A stretch of DNA of 53,150 bases from an uncultured virus (IMG/VR IMGVR_UViG_3300028586_000785) (IMGVR_UViG_3300028586_000785), one strand, 5' to 3'; positions 31,398-40,467 are shown, counted from the stretch's first letter. Numbers and translations are program-made. The notes: generated by a model from the letters alone, not told the origin.

Positions 31398-31563
31398 TGG
31401 TGGAGCGCCGTAGACTCGACCTACGGTAACGGTACATCGCTGCCCGCTATTTCTCTCTTTGGCACTACTGCATTCGACATGATGTAGGTTACCGAAAGAA
31501 CTGATGCCGCGTTCATGACTACTCCTGTTGTCAACAGGAAGGTTTCATGGACTCATTCACCCC
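31398..31563 (-). ncRNA. CCA-ended tRNA-like element (5' boundary uncertain)
   Basis: Ends CGTAG-GTCGAGT-CTACG GCGCTCC A CCA; 5' GGGGTG could pair with CGCTCC (G3:U70). Confidence 0.35.
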
Positions 31564-31565
31564 TG

Positions 31566-31639
31566 TCGGAATAGGGGGAGTTGAACCCCCGACCTCTCGC
31601 CCCCGAAGCGAGCGCGCTACCAAGCTGCGCCATATTCCG
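31566..31639 (-). tRNA. tRNA-Pro(CGG)
   Basis: Cloverleaf. Confidence 0.95.
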
Positions 31640-31995
31640 TAAATCGCAACCAAGCCAGTCCGGTTTAACAGCCTTCATGGAAGCAGGGTTATGATCCCTG
31701 AACTATGCTCTTGATCACTGGTGGATTATCACCACTCTTGTCACTTGGGCGACCAGTCAAGTCACTTGCTGTCTTCCACGATGGGTACGCAGTATTCGGA
31801 ATCTATACCTCACAAATCAGCAAGTCCAGCGAACACCCGTTAGGGCACTACCAGCAAGCTTAATCGTCTCATCCGCTTGTGATTCGAGCCAGGCACTCAG
31901 TCTTCATCACCAGACATCGTTCTTTCCACGGTGAACGACCACCCTCATCGACTCATTTCCTTGATGACTAATCAAATCTGTCGATGTCTCCCCAG

Positions 31996-32068
31996 TGCCC
32001 CGTACTGGACTCGAACCAGTGACCTACTCTTTAGGAAAGAGGTATTCTATCCGCTGAACTAACGGGGC
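31996..32068 (-). tRNA. tRNA-Arg(CCT)
   Basis: Cloverleaf. Confidence 0.9.
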
Positions 32069-32074
32069 ATATCG

Positions 32075-32545
32075 CTATACCGACTTCTGCCAAATCATGA
32101 AGTCAGTACCAACGTAGTAAACAACGTGCGGGTCCACATGAGTTGCAGTGAAGCCAGACGTAGAGAGAATGTGTTGCATGGATTTTGAACCAGGGTGAAC
32201 ACTTGCGGTGAAGTGCTTTGTCCCAGATGCCATAGCATCTTCAAGCAGCCTATCAACTATCAATCGACCGATACCGTGACCCTTAGTGGATACGTAGACA
32301 CCCGAGATATATCCGGACGTTACGTCAATGAAGCCGGTACCGACAATCCGCTCACCATCTCTCGCGATGAGGCAGATACTTGAATCCAATTTTGCAAGTA
32401 CATCAGTAGGGCTGTACTCACCATCAAGCCATGCTCCAATATTGGGATGGTCAAGATGGGGCGAAGCCAGCGAAACACTGGCTACATGGTCGATAACAGA
32501 TTGAACATCTCCGACATTCATCGGAGTGATTACCAGATTGACCAA
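32075..32545 (-). CDS. GNAT-family N-acetyltransferase inside the tRNA array
   Basis: IVGTG...ISGVYV..KGHGIGRLIV acetyl-CoA motif A. Confidence 0.75.
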   Translation of the reverse strand: MVNLVITPMNVGDVQSVIDHVASVSLASPHLDHPNIGAWLDGEYSPTDVLAKLDSSICLIARDGERIVGTGFIDVTSGYISGVYVSTKGHGIGRLIVDRLLEDAMASGTKHFTASVHPGSKSMQHILSTSGFTATHVDPHVVYYVGTDFMIWQKSV

Positions 32546-32573
32546 TGCAGTTTTCCATTTCGTTTACTTCGAG

Positions 32574-32646
32574 TGGATCTAAGGGGACTCGAACCCCTGA
32601 CCCCCTGCATGCCATGCAGGTGCGCTACCAACTGCGCCATAGACCC
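32574..32646 (-). tRNA. tRNA-Ala(GGC)
   Basis: Cloverleaf, G3:U70. Confidence 0.95.
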
Positions 32647-32647
32647 G

Positions 32648-32719
<72 letters not shown>

Positions 32720-32966
32720 ACAACCGCAACCAAGGCTGCGTTGTGCATGTTGTCTAGACTACTAGACCACGGTGTACCACCGGCTGATTTTTGATAAGAC
32801 ATCCTGCGCTAACAGCAAGTCAACGGGAATCAGAACCCGAAGAACCCAGAAGCCTCCACACGTAGGTGAGAAGACTTCCGGAAGTAGCAAGATTTTGTGT
32901 GAGTCCATGTGCACTGGGTTCTCATTTTGTACTTGCTGTTACCGAGAGATCCTGTCCCCGGCTCTG

Positions 32967-33039
32967 AGCCACCTAAGAGATTCGAACTCTTGACCTTCCG
33001 ATTACGAAACGGATGCTCTACCAACTGAGCTAAGGCGGC
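32967..33039 (-). tRNA. tRNA-Thr(CGT)
   Basis: Cloverleaf. Confidence 0.92.
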
Positions 33040-33062
33040 GAAGCACCTTGCGGTGCCGATGT

Positions 33063-33272
33063 TTAGTCCTCGTCGTAGACTGAAAAGTCAAACGTTCGAG
33101 GGAACGGGGTGAGGTTGTTGATGAAGGTGTCATCCTCCATGTTGTAAACCACACTACCCGACCGGTTGGCAGTGTTTTCGAGAATCTGACCCAACCTGAG
33201 TTGTGGGTTAGCCTTCCAATACCGACGTAGTTCGTCAAGTACCAGTTCGATGCGCTGTTCGTCTCTTGCCAT
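33063..33272 (-). CDS. small hypothetical protein
   Basis: GAGGA RBS; MARDEQRIELVLDELRRYWKANPQLRLGQIL. Confidence 0.65.
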   Translation of the reverse strand: MARDEQRIELVLDELRRYWKANPQLRLGQILENTANRSGSVVYNMEDDTFINNLTPFPRTFDFSVYDED

Positions 33273-33334
33273 GTGTTCCTCTTCCGTTGTGTTTCTGGAA
33301 GCATACACTGTGAGAGCATTCATCTGGATGTAAC

Positions 33335-33410
33335 TGGTGCCCCCGACTGGACTCGAACCAGCGACCTTTACTTTCGGAAAGTAGTGCTCTATCCACTGAG
33401 CTACAAAGGC
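33335..33410 (-). tRNA. tRNA-Arg(CCG)
   Basis: Cloverleaf, encoded CCA. Confidence 0.9.
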
Positions 33411-33413
33411 AAA

Positions 33414-33449
33414 GATGATAGCTGCTTCGTTTCCGACCTGACTATCACC
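33414..33449 (-). ncRNA. SRP RNA domain IV (helix 8)-like mini-hairpin
   Basis: GGTGATAG-TCAGG-TCG-GAAA-CGA-AGCAG-CTATCATC versus 4.5S RNA GUCAGG-UCC-GGAA-GGA-AGCAGC. Confidence 0.65.
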
Positions 33450-33461
33450 AGTACTGTGTGC

Positions 33462-33833
33462 CTATCTAGGCAACGAGGTTTCGAGATACATCTTCTGCAT
33501 CAATTCGGCAAAGAGTGCAACGAACTCGTCTTCGTCGAGAAAACCTGCGTAATCGTCACCTGTCACACCGTTCTTGAAAGTGACGTAATCACTCTCGGGT
33601 ACATGCCGAGCAGGACGACCAATTGTCAGCGAAGCGCAGTCGCTTCTAAATCGGAAATAGAACTGAGCATACCCAAGGTAAGTCCCTGTGGCTTGGAATG
33701 GTACTGCTCCACCAGCCCTCTCAAAAGAGAGACCAGGAAAGAGAGGTTCAATCCTGTCTTTTGCGACATCAATCATCTTGACAACAGGCTCGCTGTCATC
33801 GTTCTCATTCATATCTACACTGAGCATTGCCAT
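33462..33833 (-). CDS. hypothetical protein
   Basis: 123-aa ORF with GAGGGG RBS between tRNAs. Confidence 0.6.
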   Translation of the reverse strand: MAMLSVDMNENDDSEPVVKMIDVAKDRIEPLFPGLSFERAGGAVPFQATGTYLGYAQFYFRFRSDCASLTIGRPARHVPESDYVTFKNGVTGDDYAGFLDEDEFVALFAELMQKMYLETSLPR

Positions 33834-33846
33834 TCCCCTCTTTGAG

Positions 33847-33919
33847 AGCCGACTAGGGGACTTGAACCCCTAACCTACGCATTACAAGTGCGTTGCGCTA
33901 CCAATTGCGCCAAGTCGGC
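33847..33919 (-). tRNA. tRNA-Thr(TGT)
   Basis: Cloverleaf. Confidence 0.95.
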
Positions 33920-33981
33920 ATGTTCTGCTACTGAGTAAACAGTAGCAGAGTTGATGGTGAGTTCCAAATTGAGTACCTAGC

Positions 33982-34191
33982 TCAATAGAACACATCGATA
34001 TCTGCATACGTACTAGCACCCCCGCTTGACGTAACCATGATTTCTACCGCATTGGATAGACACAGTTCGCAACATCCGACTTCTACCACCCTGGTATCGA
34101 ACGAGATACGCTCTTCATCACCAACAGTGAATCCGTTTTCTCTCAGAATTTCTCTACCCCATGCAATCAACAACGACGACGAATTCATCAT
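33982..34191 (-). CDS. small hypothetical protein
   Basis: 69-aa ORF with GGAAGG RBS. Confidence 0.4.
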   Translation of the reverse strand: MMNSSSLLIAWGREILRENGFTVGDEERISFDTRVVEVGCCELCLSNAVEIMVTSSGGASTYADIDVFY

Positions 34192-34260
34192 TCACTTCCT
34201 TCCGCTTGTGTGAACCAATATTCCACACGCCTGAAGGTTGTTATGTGCTGCTGATTAGCG

Positions 34261-34333
34261 TGCGCCTGAAGGGAATCGAACCCCCGACCTGTTGATCCGT
34301 AGTCAACCGCTCTATCCCCTGAGCTACAAACGC
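34261..34333 (-). tRNA. tRNA-Arg(ACG)
   Basis: Cloverleaf. Confidence 0.93.
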
Positions 34334-34436
34334 AATGAGCGGGAAATTCGAGGATCAGTTACCGACACGCTCATGGGTAACCGCCTATTTGGACGAAGCT
34401 TTATACACGGTTGGTTATCGTCCATTGCAACCGTTG

Positions 34437-34509
34437 TGCCCTCGGCAGGATTCGAACCTGCGACCAAGAGATTAGAAGGCTCCTGCTCTATCCCCTGAGC
34501 TACGAGGGC
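34437..34509 (-). tRNA. tRNA-Arg(TCT)
   Basis: Cloverleaf. Confidence 0.93.
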
Positions 34510-34585
34510 GGGATGAGAGGTGTGGTCCCTCTACCAAGAGCGTTGTTGAGGCACTCGAAGTAGTTTCAACAAAACCACACCGTCG

Positions 34586-34657
34586 AGCGGATGACGAGAA
34601 TCGGACTCGCGACATTCACCTTGGCAAGGTGACGCTCTACCACTGAGCTACATCCGC
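34586..34657 (-). tRNA. tRNA-Gly(GCC)
   Basis: Cloverleaf. Confidence 0.92.
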
Positions 34658-34703
34658 ATGTGGTACTTACAAACCGCTGGTGACCCAGCAACTTGCAAAA
34701 CCG

Positions 34704-34798
34704 TGGAACTGATCGGGATCGAACCGATACCTTCTGAAACGCGCGCCGCTCCTTGCTCTACCCGCCACTATTGCAAATGGCTATTGAGCTACAGTCCC
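34704..34798 (-). ncRNA. tRNA-Ala-like RNA with a hairpin inserted in the D-loop
   Basis: GGGACTG/CAGTTCC-A (G3:U70); GCTC-AATA[GCCATT-TGCAAT-AGTGGC]GGGTA-GAGC; anticodon loop GG-CGC-GC; TTCGA T-loop. Confidence 0.75.
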
Positions 34799-35120
34799 AT
34801 GTATTCGGAAGCTAGGAAGCTTCATATAGCTAGCTTACCGAATCCTAAAGGGTTTGTCTAGTAAACAGTGACCCATTAGTGGTAATGCTGTAACCCCACA
34901 TTACTAGGGTGCTTACTCCATCGCCACTAATCGTCGCAGCTAAGGCGGGTAAAGCAAACCCGCTTCCCAGTTACTAGCTGGGAATCAGAGCCTCAGTGAG
35001 TTTGACTACTTCGATAAGCCACTACAGCTTCTCTCGGCAACCACTTTACTGAGGTTGAGGCTTGAATCTCCCCTCACATTGCGGTAGTTAGTCGCTATGC
35101 AAGAGCTTCATCAAGCTTTG

Positions 35121-35192
35121 AGCGGTCAAATGGACTTGAACCATCAACTCTTAGCTGGAAGCTAAGTTGCCATACCCGGAGGCTCTGACCGC
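35121..35192 (-). tRNA. tRNA-Gly(TCC), atypical
   Basis: Perfect acceptor and anticodon stems; G at position 8 and an unusual D-arm. Confidence 0.75.
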
Positions 35193-35270
35193 ATGTGGTC
35201 TTTTCTTCTTCTCGTACCCGGACTAGGAGACCTTACCTACCGGGACCATAATGGCTGATCATTTCCATCG

Positions 35271-35342
35271 AGCGGATGACGAGATTCGAACTCGCGACCC
35301 TAACCTTGGCAAGGTTATGCGCTACCACTGCGCCACATCCGC
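35271..35342 (-). tRNA. tRNA-Gly(GCC)
   Basis: Cloverleaf. Confidence 0.95.
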
Positions 35343-35605
35343 ATGTCGTGATGCACCTAGCTTATACGATTTCATCCAACGCGTTTGGATTCTTCGTACT
35401 TACTAGGTACTTCACTATGGCGCTTTCATCCATATGCTTCATAATGAAGTCTGCGAGAGCCGAATTCCGTCTCGCACCCAGGTCCGCTAGCCCTGTTTCC
35501 GGTTTAGTCTATGCAACCCCTCTACTCCGGCAGAGTCCTAACTTTTCACTGCGGTTCACACAGAGGCGTTAGGAAGCCTTCACCGTATTTCCGGTGATGC
35601 CACAG

Positions 35606-35676
35606 AGGGGATGACGGGAATCGAACCCGCGACATCAGTTTGGAAAACTGAGGCTTTACCATTAAGCTACATCCCC
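35606..35676 (-). tRNA. tRNA-Gly(TCC)
   Basis: Cloverleaf. Confidence 0.95.
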
Positions 35677-35821
35677 ACAGAGCCTAGCTCGTATTCATGA
35701 ACAACCACTGCAAGAACTACCAAGCAGTCATTATCCTAACCGGCGACTAGGGTATAAACAGTACACACACGTATCCGCACTCGGGGTAGTTAGTCCCTAA
35801 ACTTCAACAGCTTCTTGTTCG

Positions 35822-35895
35822 TGGATCTGACGCGACTCGAACGCGCAACATTCTCCGTGCAAGGGAGACGCTCTACCAATTGGAGCTACAGACCC
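35822..35895 (-). tRNA. tRNA-Ala(TGC)
   Basis: Cloverleaf. Confidence 0.92.
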
Positions 35896-36140
35896 ATGTG
35901 TTCCGTTTCCGCACGCTTGCAATCGTTTGGCATCAAAGGGAAGTAAGTCACGGAACACGAACCTACCGACTGTGCCGTCCACGTGGGAAGACACCCTGCA
36001 ATTATCTCAAGACCTTCATCGTTACATACCACCTGTGTCACCAGGCGCTCCCGAATCGACGGGAGAATGTTTTTACCAGACGTTTGACGACATCTGGTGT
36101 CTTGGTTTTTACCTAAGTAGACTAAGCTACGAAGATAAAG

Positions 36141-36214
36141 CGACCCTGACCGGACTTGAACCGGCGACCTCCGCCGTGACAGGGCGGCGCTCTAACCAAC
36201 TGAGCTACAAAGTC
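36141..36214 (-). tRNA. tRNA-Asp(GTC)
   Basis: Cloverleaf. Confidence 0.93.
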
Positions 36215-36272
36215 ATATTTCTAATTACGCTGTTGTGTTGTAAATATCCGAACCTCTTGACGAGATGTTACC

Positions 36273-36301
36273 AGCTTACACACCTTGTCTCCACTTGTCA
36301 A
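36273..36301 (-). promoter_or_regulatory. sigmaA-type internal promoter
   Basis: TTGACA-17-TAAGCT with extended TG. Confidence 0.7.
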
Positions 36302-36315
36302 GCCCATTTCCATAA

Positions 36316-36583
36316 TTCCCGTCGAAACGAAAGATTACCCACGGTAGAGGTCATCGGGGAGCATCCCAGCCAAAGCAAGGAGTTGATGAATCAGAAGGTT
36401 GGGGCGGTTCATCCCTACCGGAGTAGGGATTGGAATGGACGTGGAGGTCGTCAAGGTTCACCCCTTCCGCAGAAGGGAATGATTGGGTCTAACGGTCGCA
36501 GCGGATCATCCCTAGCGAACTAAGGAACTTCACAATGCGAAGGTCAGGGTGGAGCATCCCGTTACCGGGAACCTCTTGCGAGG
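36316..36583 (-). repeat. array of five degenerate structured repeats with ~48-nt period
   Basis: Plus-strand motif GGTY-N5-GGWKCAYCCC-N(6-10)-RGGA, with GGWKCA at 36358, 36406, 36455, 36503 and 36551. Confidence 0.75.
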
Positions 36584-36659
36584 TGGTGACCGTAGAGGGA
36601 TTTGAACCCCCGACATCTAGCGAGTCATGCTAGCGCTCTACCAACTGAGCTATACGGTC
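36584..36659 (-). tRNA. tRNA-Val(GAC)
   Basis: Cloverleaf, encoded CCA. Confidence 0.93.
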
Positions 36660-36831
36660 ATGTAGCACCTGTTTCGTCGGTTGCATACGTCGGACTTCGA
36701 CCGATGAATTTCATGCCGTGCGCACACCATGAAATCCAGCACACAACAGCACCGTGGTGCTGCGAGTCCCAATCTTAGCACATTGTCTGCTTATTGGAAC
36801 CCTACCTCATCAGAGTAGTGATGAAGTTGAG

Positions 36832-36906
36832 TGGGGTGAGCGGGACTTGAACCCGCGAATCGTCGAATTATGAGTTCGGTGCCTTAACCAGCTTGGCTAC
36901 CACCCC
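36832..36906 (-). tRNA. tRNA-CAT (Ile2 or elongator Met)
   Basis: Cloverleaf with CAT anticodon. Confidence 0.88.
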
Positions 36907-36961
36907 TTGTTCATAATAAGAGTGTAACCCGACAGACCAATCAAAGTCAAATCGAGCATCG

Positions 36962-37034
36962 AGGCGACGACCGGATTCGAACCGGCATAATCTTCTTTTG
37001 CAGAGAAGCGGCTGACCTTTCACACCACATCGCC
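36962..37034 (-). tRNA. tRNA-Cys(GCA)
   Basis: Cloverleaf, U73, weak D-stem. Confidence 0.88.
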
Positions 37035-37158
37035 ATATTGCCTAACCCGCCAACCCTATGATTTCTCATTTCCGTTGCTTGACTTCCCTCACGGACTGTT
37101 GTGGGAAAGTTAGGACTTCTGCGAGCGTTGCAACCTTACGTACCGGATACTCGCATTG

Positions 37159-37231
37159 CTCCTCCATGTGGACTCGAACCACAAACCTGTCGGTTAACAG
37201 CCGACTGCTCTGCCAATTGAGCTATAGAGGA
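37159..37231 (-). tRNA. tRNA-Asn(GTT)
   Basis: Cloverleaf. Confidence 0.95.
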
Positions 37232-37358
37232 ATATGGTGACCAAGACTAGGCTCCTGCTGAGGGAGCTTCCGACACCTTTCACCTAATCCAACTTCTCGG
37301 GCGCTTCGCCTACGCCATGTTTCAGTGACTGCATGATGAACCACATGCTACGGTTTTC

Positions 37359-37442
37359 GATAGTAAAACGATTCCGAGTCGATACCTCCCGTTAGTCCTC
37401 TGTACACAAGGCGGGCGTGCTGCCAATTACACCACTACTATC
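37359..37442 (-). ncRNA. tRNA-like RNA with expanded anticodon arm
   Basis: GATAGTAG/TTACTATC stem, canonical D-arm GTGT-AATTGGCA-GCAC, CCCG[CCTTGTGTACAGAGG-ACTAA]CGGG, degenerate T-arm. Confidence 0.55.
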
Positions 37443-37467
37443 TCATCGCTGGTATCCCAACGACTTG

Positions 37468-37540
37468 TACCCCCGGAGAATTTCGAAATCTCGACCCGCG
37501 GATTAAAAGTCCGATGCTCTAACCTCTGAGCTACGGGGGC
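37468..37540 (-). tRNA. tRNA-Lys(TTT)
   Basis: Cloverleaf. Confidence 0.9.
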
Positions 37541-37692
37541 TTATTCGGTCGGTGAGCGACTTTGCAGTATCCCTAGCCGACCTATTCGTTGACGAGGCAC
37601 CAATCCCCTTTGTCCTACCCAGCACGCAACGAAGTACCCGTTCTGGTAGTGAGATCCCATCGCAGCCTGCAAAAGCTGTATGGAATCGGTCG

Positions 37693-37765
37693 TGGCTCCG
37701 ACCGGCATCGATCCGGTGACCTCGCGATTTTCAGTCGTGCGCTCTACCAACTGAGCTACAGAGCC
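37693..37765 (-). tRNA. tRNA-Phe(GAA)
   Basis: Cloverleaf. Confidence 0.92.
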
Positions 37766-37910
37766 ATTTGGTGATAGGTCAGTGCAGTACATGCCTATCA
37801 CTCGCCAGTCGCTTCGTTTCTGCAAGTTCCACGACTGGGTATTGCATTCTCCGCACACCGGAGAAAACTAAAGGTATGAAACCCAGTGTTACTACCGACC
37901 TAAGCCGGAG

Positions 37911-37995
37911 TGCCCGTACCGAGACTTGAACTCGGATGGTCCGTAAGGACCGCTAGCACCTGAAGCTAGTGCGTCTGCCATTCCGCCATACGGGC
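37911..37995 (-). tRNA. tRNA-Leu(CAG)
   Basis: Cloverleaf with long variable arm. Confidence 0.95.
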
Positions 37996-38010
37996 ATGTG
38001 TTCAACCTAT

Positions 38011-38580
38011 CTATATTATTACGTCAGGTTTGTTGCTTTCGAATGACAAGATGTATTCAATCGCATTCTGCATGATTACAACATCATCATTGAAAAAACC
38101 TAATCCTACATTGCATCCATGACAAAGAAGACCTCTAACAGCACCAGTTTTATGCGAATGATCAATGCAGGGCGGCTTTCCTATCTCAGCGAAACCGGTC
38201 TTGCAAATCAAGCAAGCAAAGTCTTGGGCTACTAGCATAGCTTCGTACTCATGGTACAGCAGACCATACTTAATAAGTATCTTTCTTGTACGCTCAGCCT
38301 CTGATGAAATAGACCACTCTACTCTTTTACTGTCTCGTCGGCATATCTTGCATCTGCTTTGGTACCCATCGCCTCGACCTCTATTGAAGTCGAATTCAGA
38401 TACATTCTTTACCAAACTGCATTTGCTACATAGCTTCGTAACCTTCTGTGTAGAAGTCTTTTTGTTCTGGTAAGACCTAGCACACTCTTTACATTTGGAA
38501 CTGTAACCAGACTTCCTTGTTTTATCTGGATAGAAGTCTGACGATATTTTGTCTGTTTTACATTTGTAACATCTGAGCAT
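38011..38580 (-). CDS. endonuclease VII-family (homing-type) nuclease
   Basis: CLIC...IDHSHKTGAVRGLLCHGCNVGLG; two N-terminal CxxC...CxxC repeats; visibly AT-richer than flanks. Confidence 0.85.
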   Translation of the reverse strand: MLRCYKCKTDKISSDFYPDKTRKSGYSSKCKECARSYQNKKTSTQKVTKLCSKCSLVKNVSEFDFNRGRGDGYQSRCKICRRDSKRVEWSISSEAERTRKILIKYGLLYHEYEAMLVAQDFACLICKTGFAEIGKPPCIDHSHKTGAVRGLLCHGCNVGLGFFNDDVVIMQNAIEYILSFESNKPDVII

Positions 38581-38610
38581 TTGGCGATACTATCGCATCT
38601 GCTGAGTTAA

Positions 38611-38851
38611 TTCAATCAACCCGTAAGCCGAGTTCTGTTTTAGACTGTCATCTGTCTGAGCCGCCTACCCGTCTTTCAAAGGGCGGCAATTCCCTCAGAC
38701 TGTTTGGCGTTGCTTACATCCTGCACCCTACTTCTTAAGCTAGGCTTAGTGGTTCTTGAGCGACAAACCAAAAGTTTGTCTACCACACGGTAATTGCCGA
38801 AAAGCTCGGACTTTCCTAAGGCTTGCGCCCTCGACAGTCCAGTTGATTGAA
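38611..38851 (-). ncRNA. rnpB: RNase P RNA, minimal (~241 nt)
   Basis: P1 TTCAATCAAC/GTTGATTGAA; P2 GACTGTC/GACAGTC; CR-I AGGAAAGTCCGAGCT; AGCAA; AGACAGATG; CR-V ACAGAACTCGGCTTAC. Confidence 0.88.
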
Positions 38852-38854
38852 AAT

Positions 38855-38998
38855 TGGGTGACTGAGCCGGATTTACACCAGCGACCTCATGAGCCGTATC
38901 CTCATGAACTTTGTTACGAGCGTGGTTATCGTCTCAACCCGAGACACTCGGTATGCATCCCAAGTGTTTGTCTTTTCGCCCTACAAGCTACCAGTCAC
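38855..38998 (-). ncRNA. CCA-ended tRNA-scaffold RNA with ~70-nt branched D-loop insert
   Basis: GTGACTGG/TCAGTCAC-CCA; TCATGAG-GATACGG-CTCATGA anticodon arm; GCTGG-TGTAAAT-CCGGC T-arm. Confidence 0.7.
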
Positions 38999-38999
38999 G

Positions 39000-39072
<73 letters not shown>

Positions 39073-39281
39073 TTATGCAGGATTTCCCGGTTACTACCCC
39101 GGTTTACCTGCGACTGGTGCCAGACCAGTCAACCGCTCTTGCGATGGTCCTGCAAGAGAAGGCGCGCACTAGGGTATCCCGTAAGCGACACGGGGCAATT
39201 TCTGGTATTACTACCCTCCCGTTTGGCTGGGAGACAGCCTTTCTGCTAGTAAGGCAGAAACATTCTCTCGTTTCCGAGAAG

Positions 39282-39354
39282 TGCGCCTGGAGGGACTCGA
39301 ACCCCCAACCTTTTCGTCCGTAGCGAAATGCTCTATCCGTTGAGCTACAGGCGC
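39282..39354 (-). tRNA. tRNA-Arg(ACG)
   Basis: Cloverleaf. Confidence 0.95.
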
Positions 39355-39553
39355 ATTGTGTGGGATTATGACTCTTACCAAGGGGTCGGACACCCACGAC
39401 GCTCTTCACGCAAGAACGCTAAACGGGACACGCGGTCACCTCGTAGTCCATAAGGGACGGTGTTAAAGCTAACCGACAACTAGGTTACTACGGAGAACCC
39501 TGCCCTTGCACTTGGTGTGTGCGATTCATCTCACTAGCAGTACTACTAATGGA

Positions 39554-39629
<76 letters not shown>

Positions 39630-39829
39630 ATGTTGACGACTTAGAGGGCAGCTAATCATTTCTACTCCCATATCGTCTGATGAGGTTAACGCTCGGTACT
39701 CATCCATCTTGCGGCACCCTTGCAACCAAGGACCGCTAGATACCGCCGGTTTCCCTTTCGGGACGAACATGCTCCCCCGCGCTGGTCAAGTGATTAGTTC
39801 GCCAGTTATGCAGTTTGTCATGTTCCGAG

Positions 39830-39903
39830 TGGTCGTAGGTGGACTTGAACCACCGACCCCTTCGTTATCAGCGAAGTGCTCTAACCAACTGAGCTATACA
39901 ACC
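39830..39903 (-). tRNA. tRNA-Ile(GAT)
   Basis: Cloverleaf. Confidence 0.95.
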
Positions 39904-39965
39904 ATTGCCGCTTTCGCGGCGTTTCCTCTATGTAGTTACCAAAGTAGTTCCTTGTTGATATCTCT

Positions 39966-39995
39966 ACCTTAGCAACATGTTTGTGTTGTTGTCAA
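39966..39995 (-). promoter_or_regulatory. sigmaA-type internal promoter
   Basis: TTGACA-18-TAAGGT. Confidence 0.65.
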
Positions 39996-40020
39996 GTCCA
40001 AACGAGAAAAAGTTTGGAAG

Positions 40021-40111
40021 TGGAAACGGAGGCGGGATTTGAACCACTTATGCGCGTATGAAAGCCTCTAGGTTATGAGCCTAGCAAGATACCGAACTTC
40101 TTTACTCCGTA
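40021..40111 (-). tRNA. initiator-Met-like tRNA(CAT) with insertion in the variable/T region
   Basis: CTAGG-CTCATAA-CCTAG, U1.U72 mismatch, encoded CCA, ~14 extra nt before a mispaired T-stem. Confidence 0.6.
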
Positions 40112-40113
40112 AG

Positions 40114-40188
40114 TGACGCATACGGGACTTGAACCCGTAACCTTCGCCGTGAAAGGGCGATGCAACTGACCAATTGTGCTAATGCGCC
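40114..40188 (-). tRNA. tRNA-Glu(TTC)
   Basis: Cloverleaf. Confidence 0.92.
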
Positions 40189-40294
40189 AGAACTCTCAAT
40201 ACGAGAGCCTTTGCGGACTGGATACCGCGACCACGATGCAATCATCTGCCATTTCTCTTTGTCTCCACCGGATTCCAGGAGAGACATTGAGCAG

Positions 40295-40368
40295 TAGGGA
40301 TATGCGGACTTGAACCGCAGACCTCTTCGTTATCAGCGAAGCGCTCTAACCAACTGAGCTACACCCCT
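40295..40368 (-). tRNA. tRNA-Ile(GAT)
   Basis: Cloverleaf. Confidence 0.95.
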
Positions 40369-40467
40369 AAGTGGTTGCTCCGAAAAATCTCGACACAACC
40401 GGTATTGGCGAGAGATCTCTTCGTCACTTACGGTAATGAGCCGATAGTGATGATTGAAGAGGAAGCG

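Noticed and set aside
36316..36583. CRISPR array interpretation of the 48-nt repeats
   Set aside because: The constant parts are short, degenerate and split by variable hairpins; there is no identical 25-40 nt repeat.
39677..39705. Hammerhead-like CTGATGAG...CTC
   Set aside because: The required GAAA after stem II is absent (GGTA instead).
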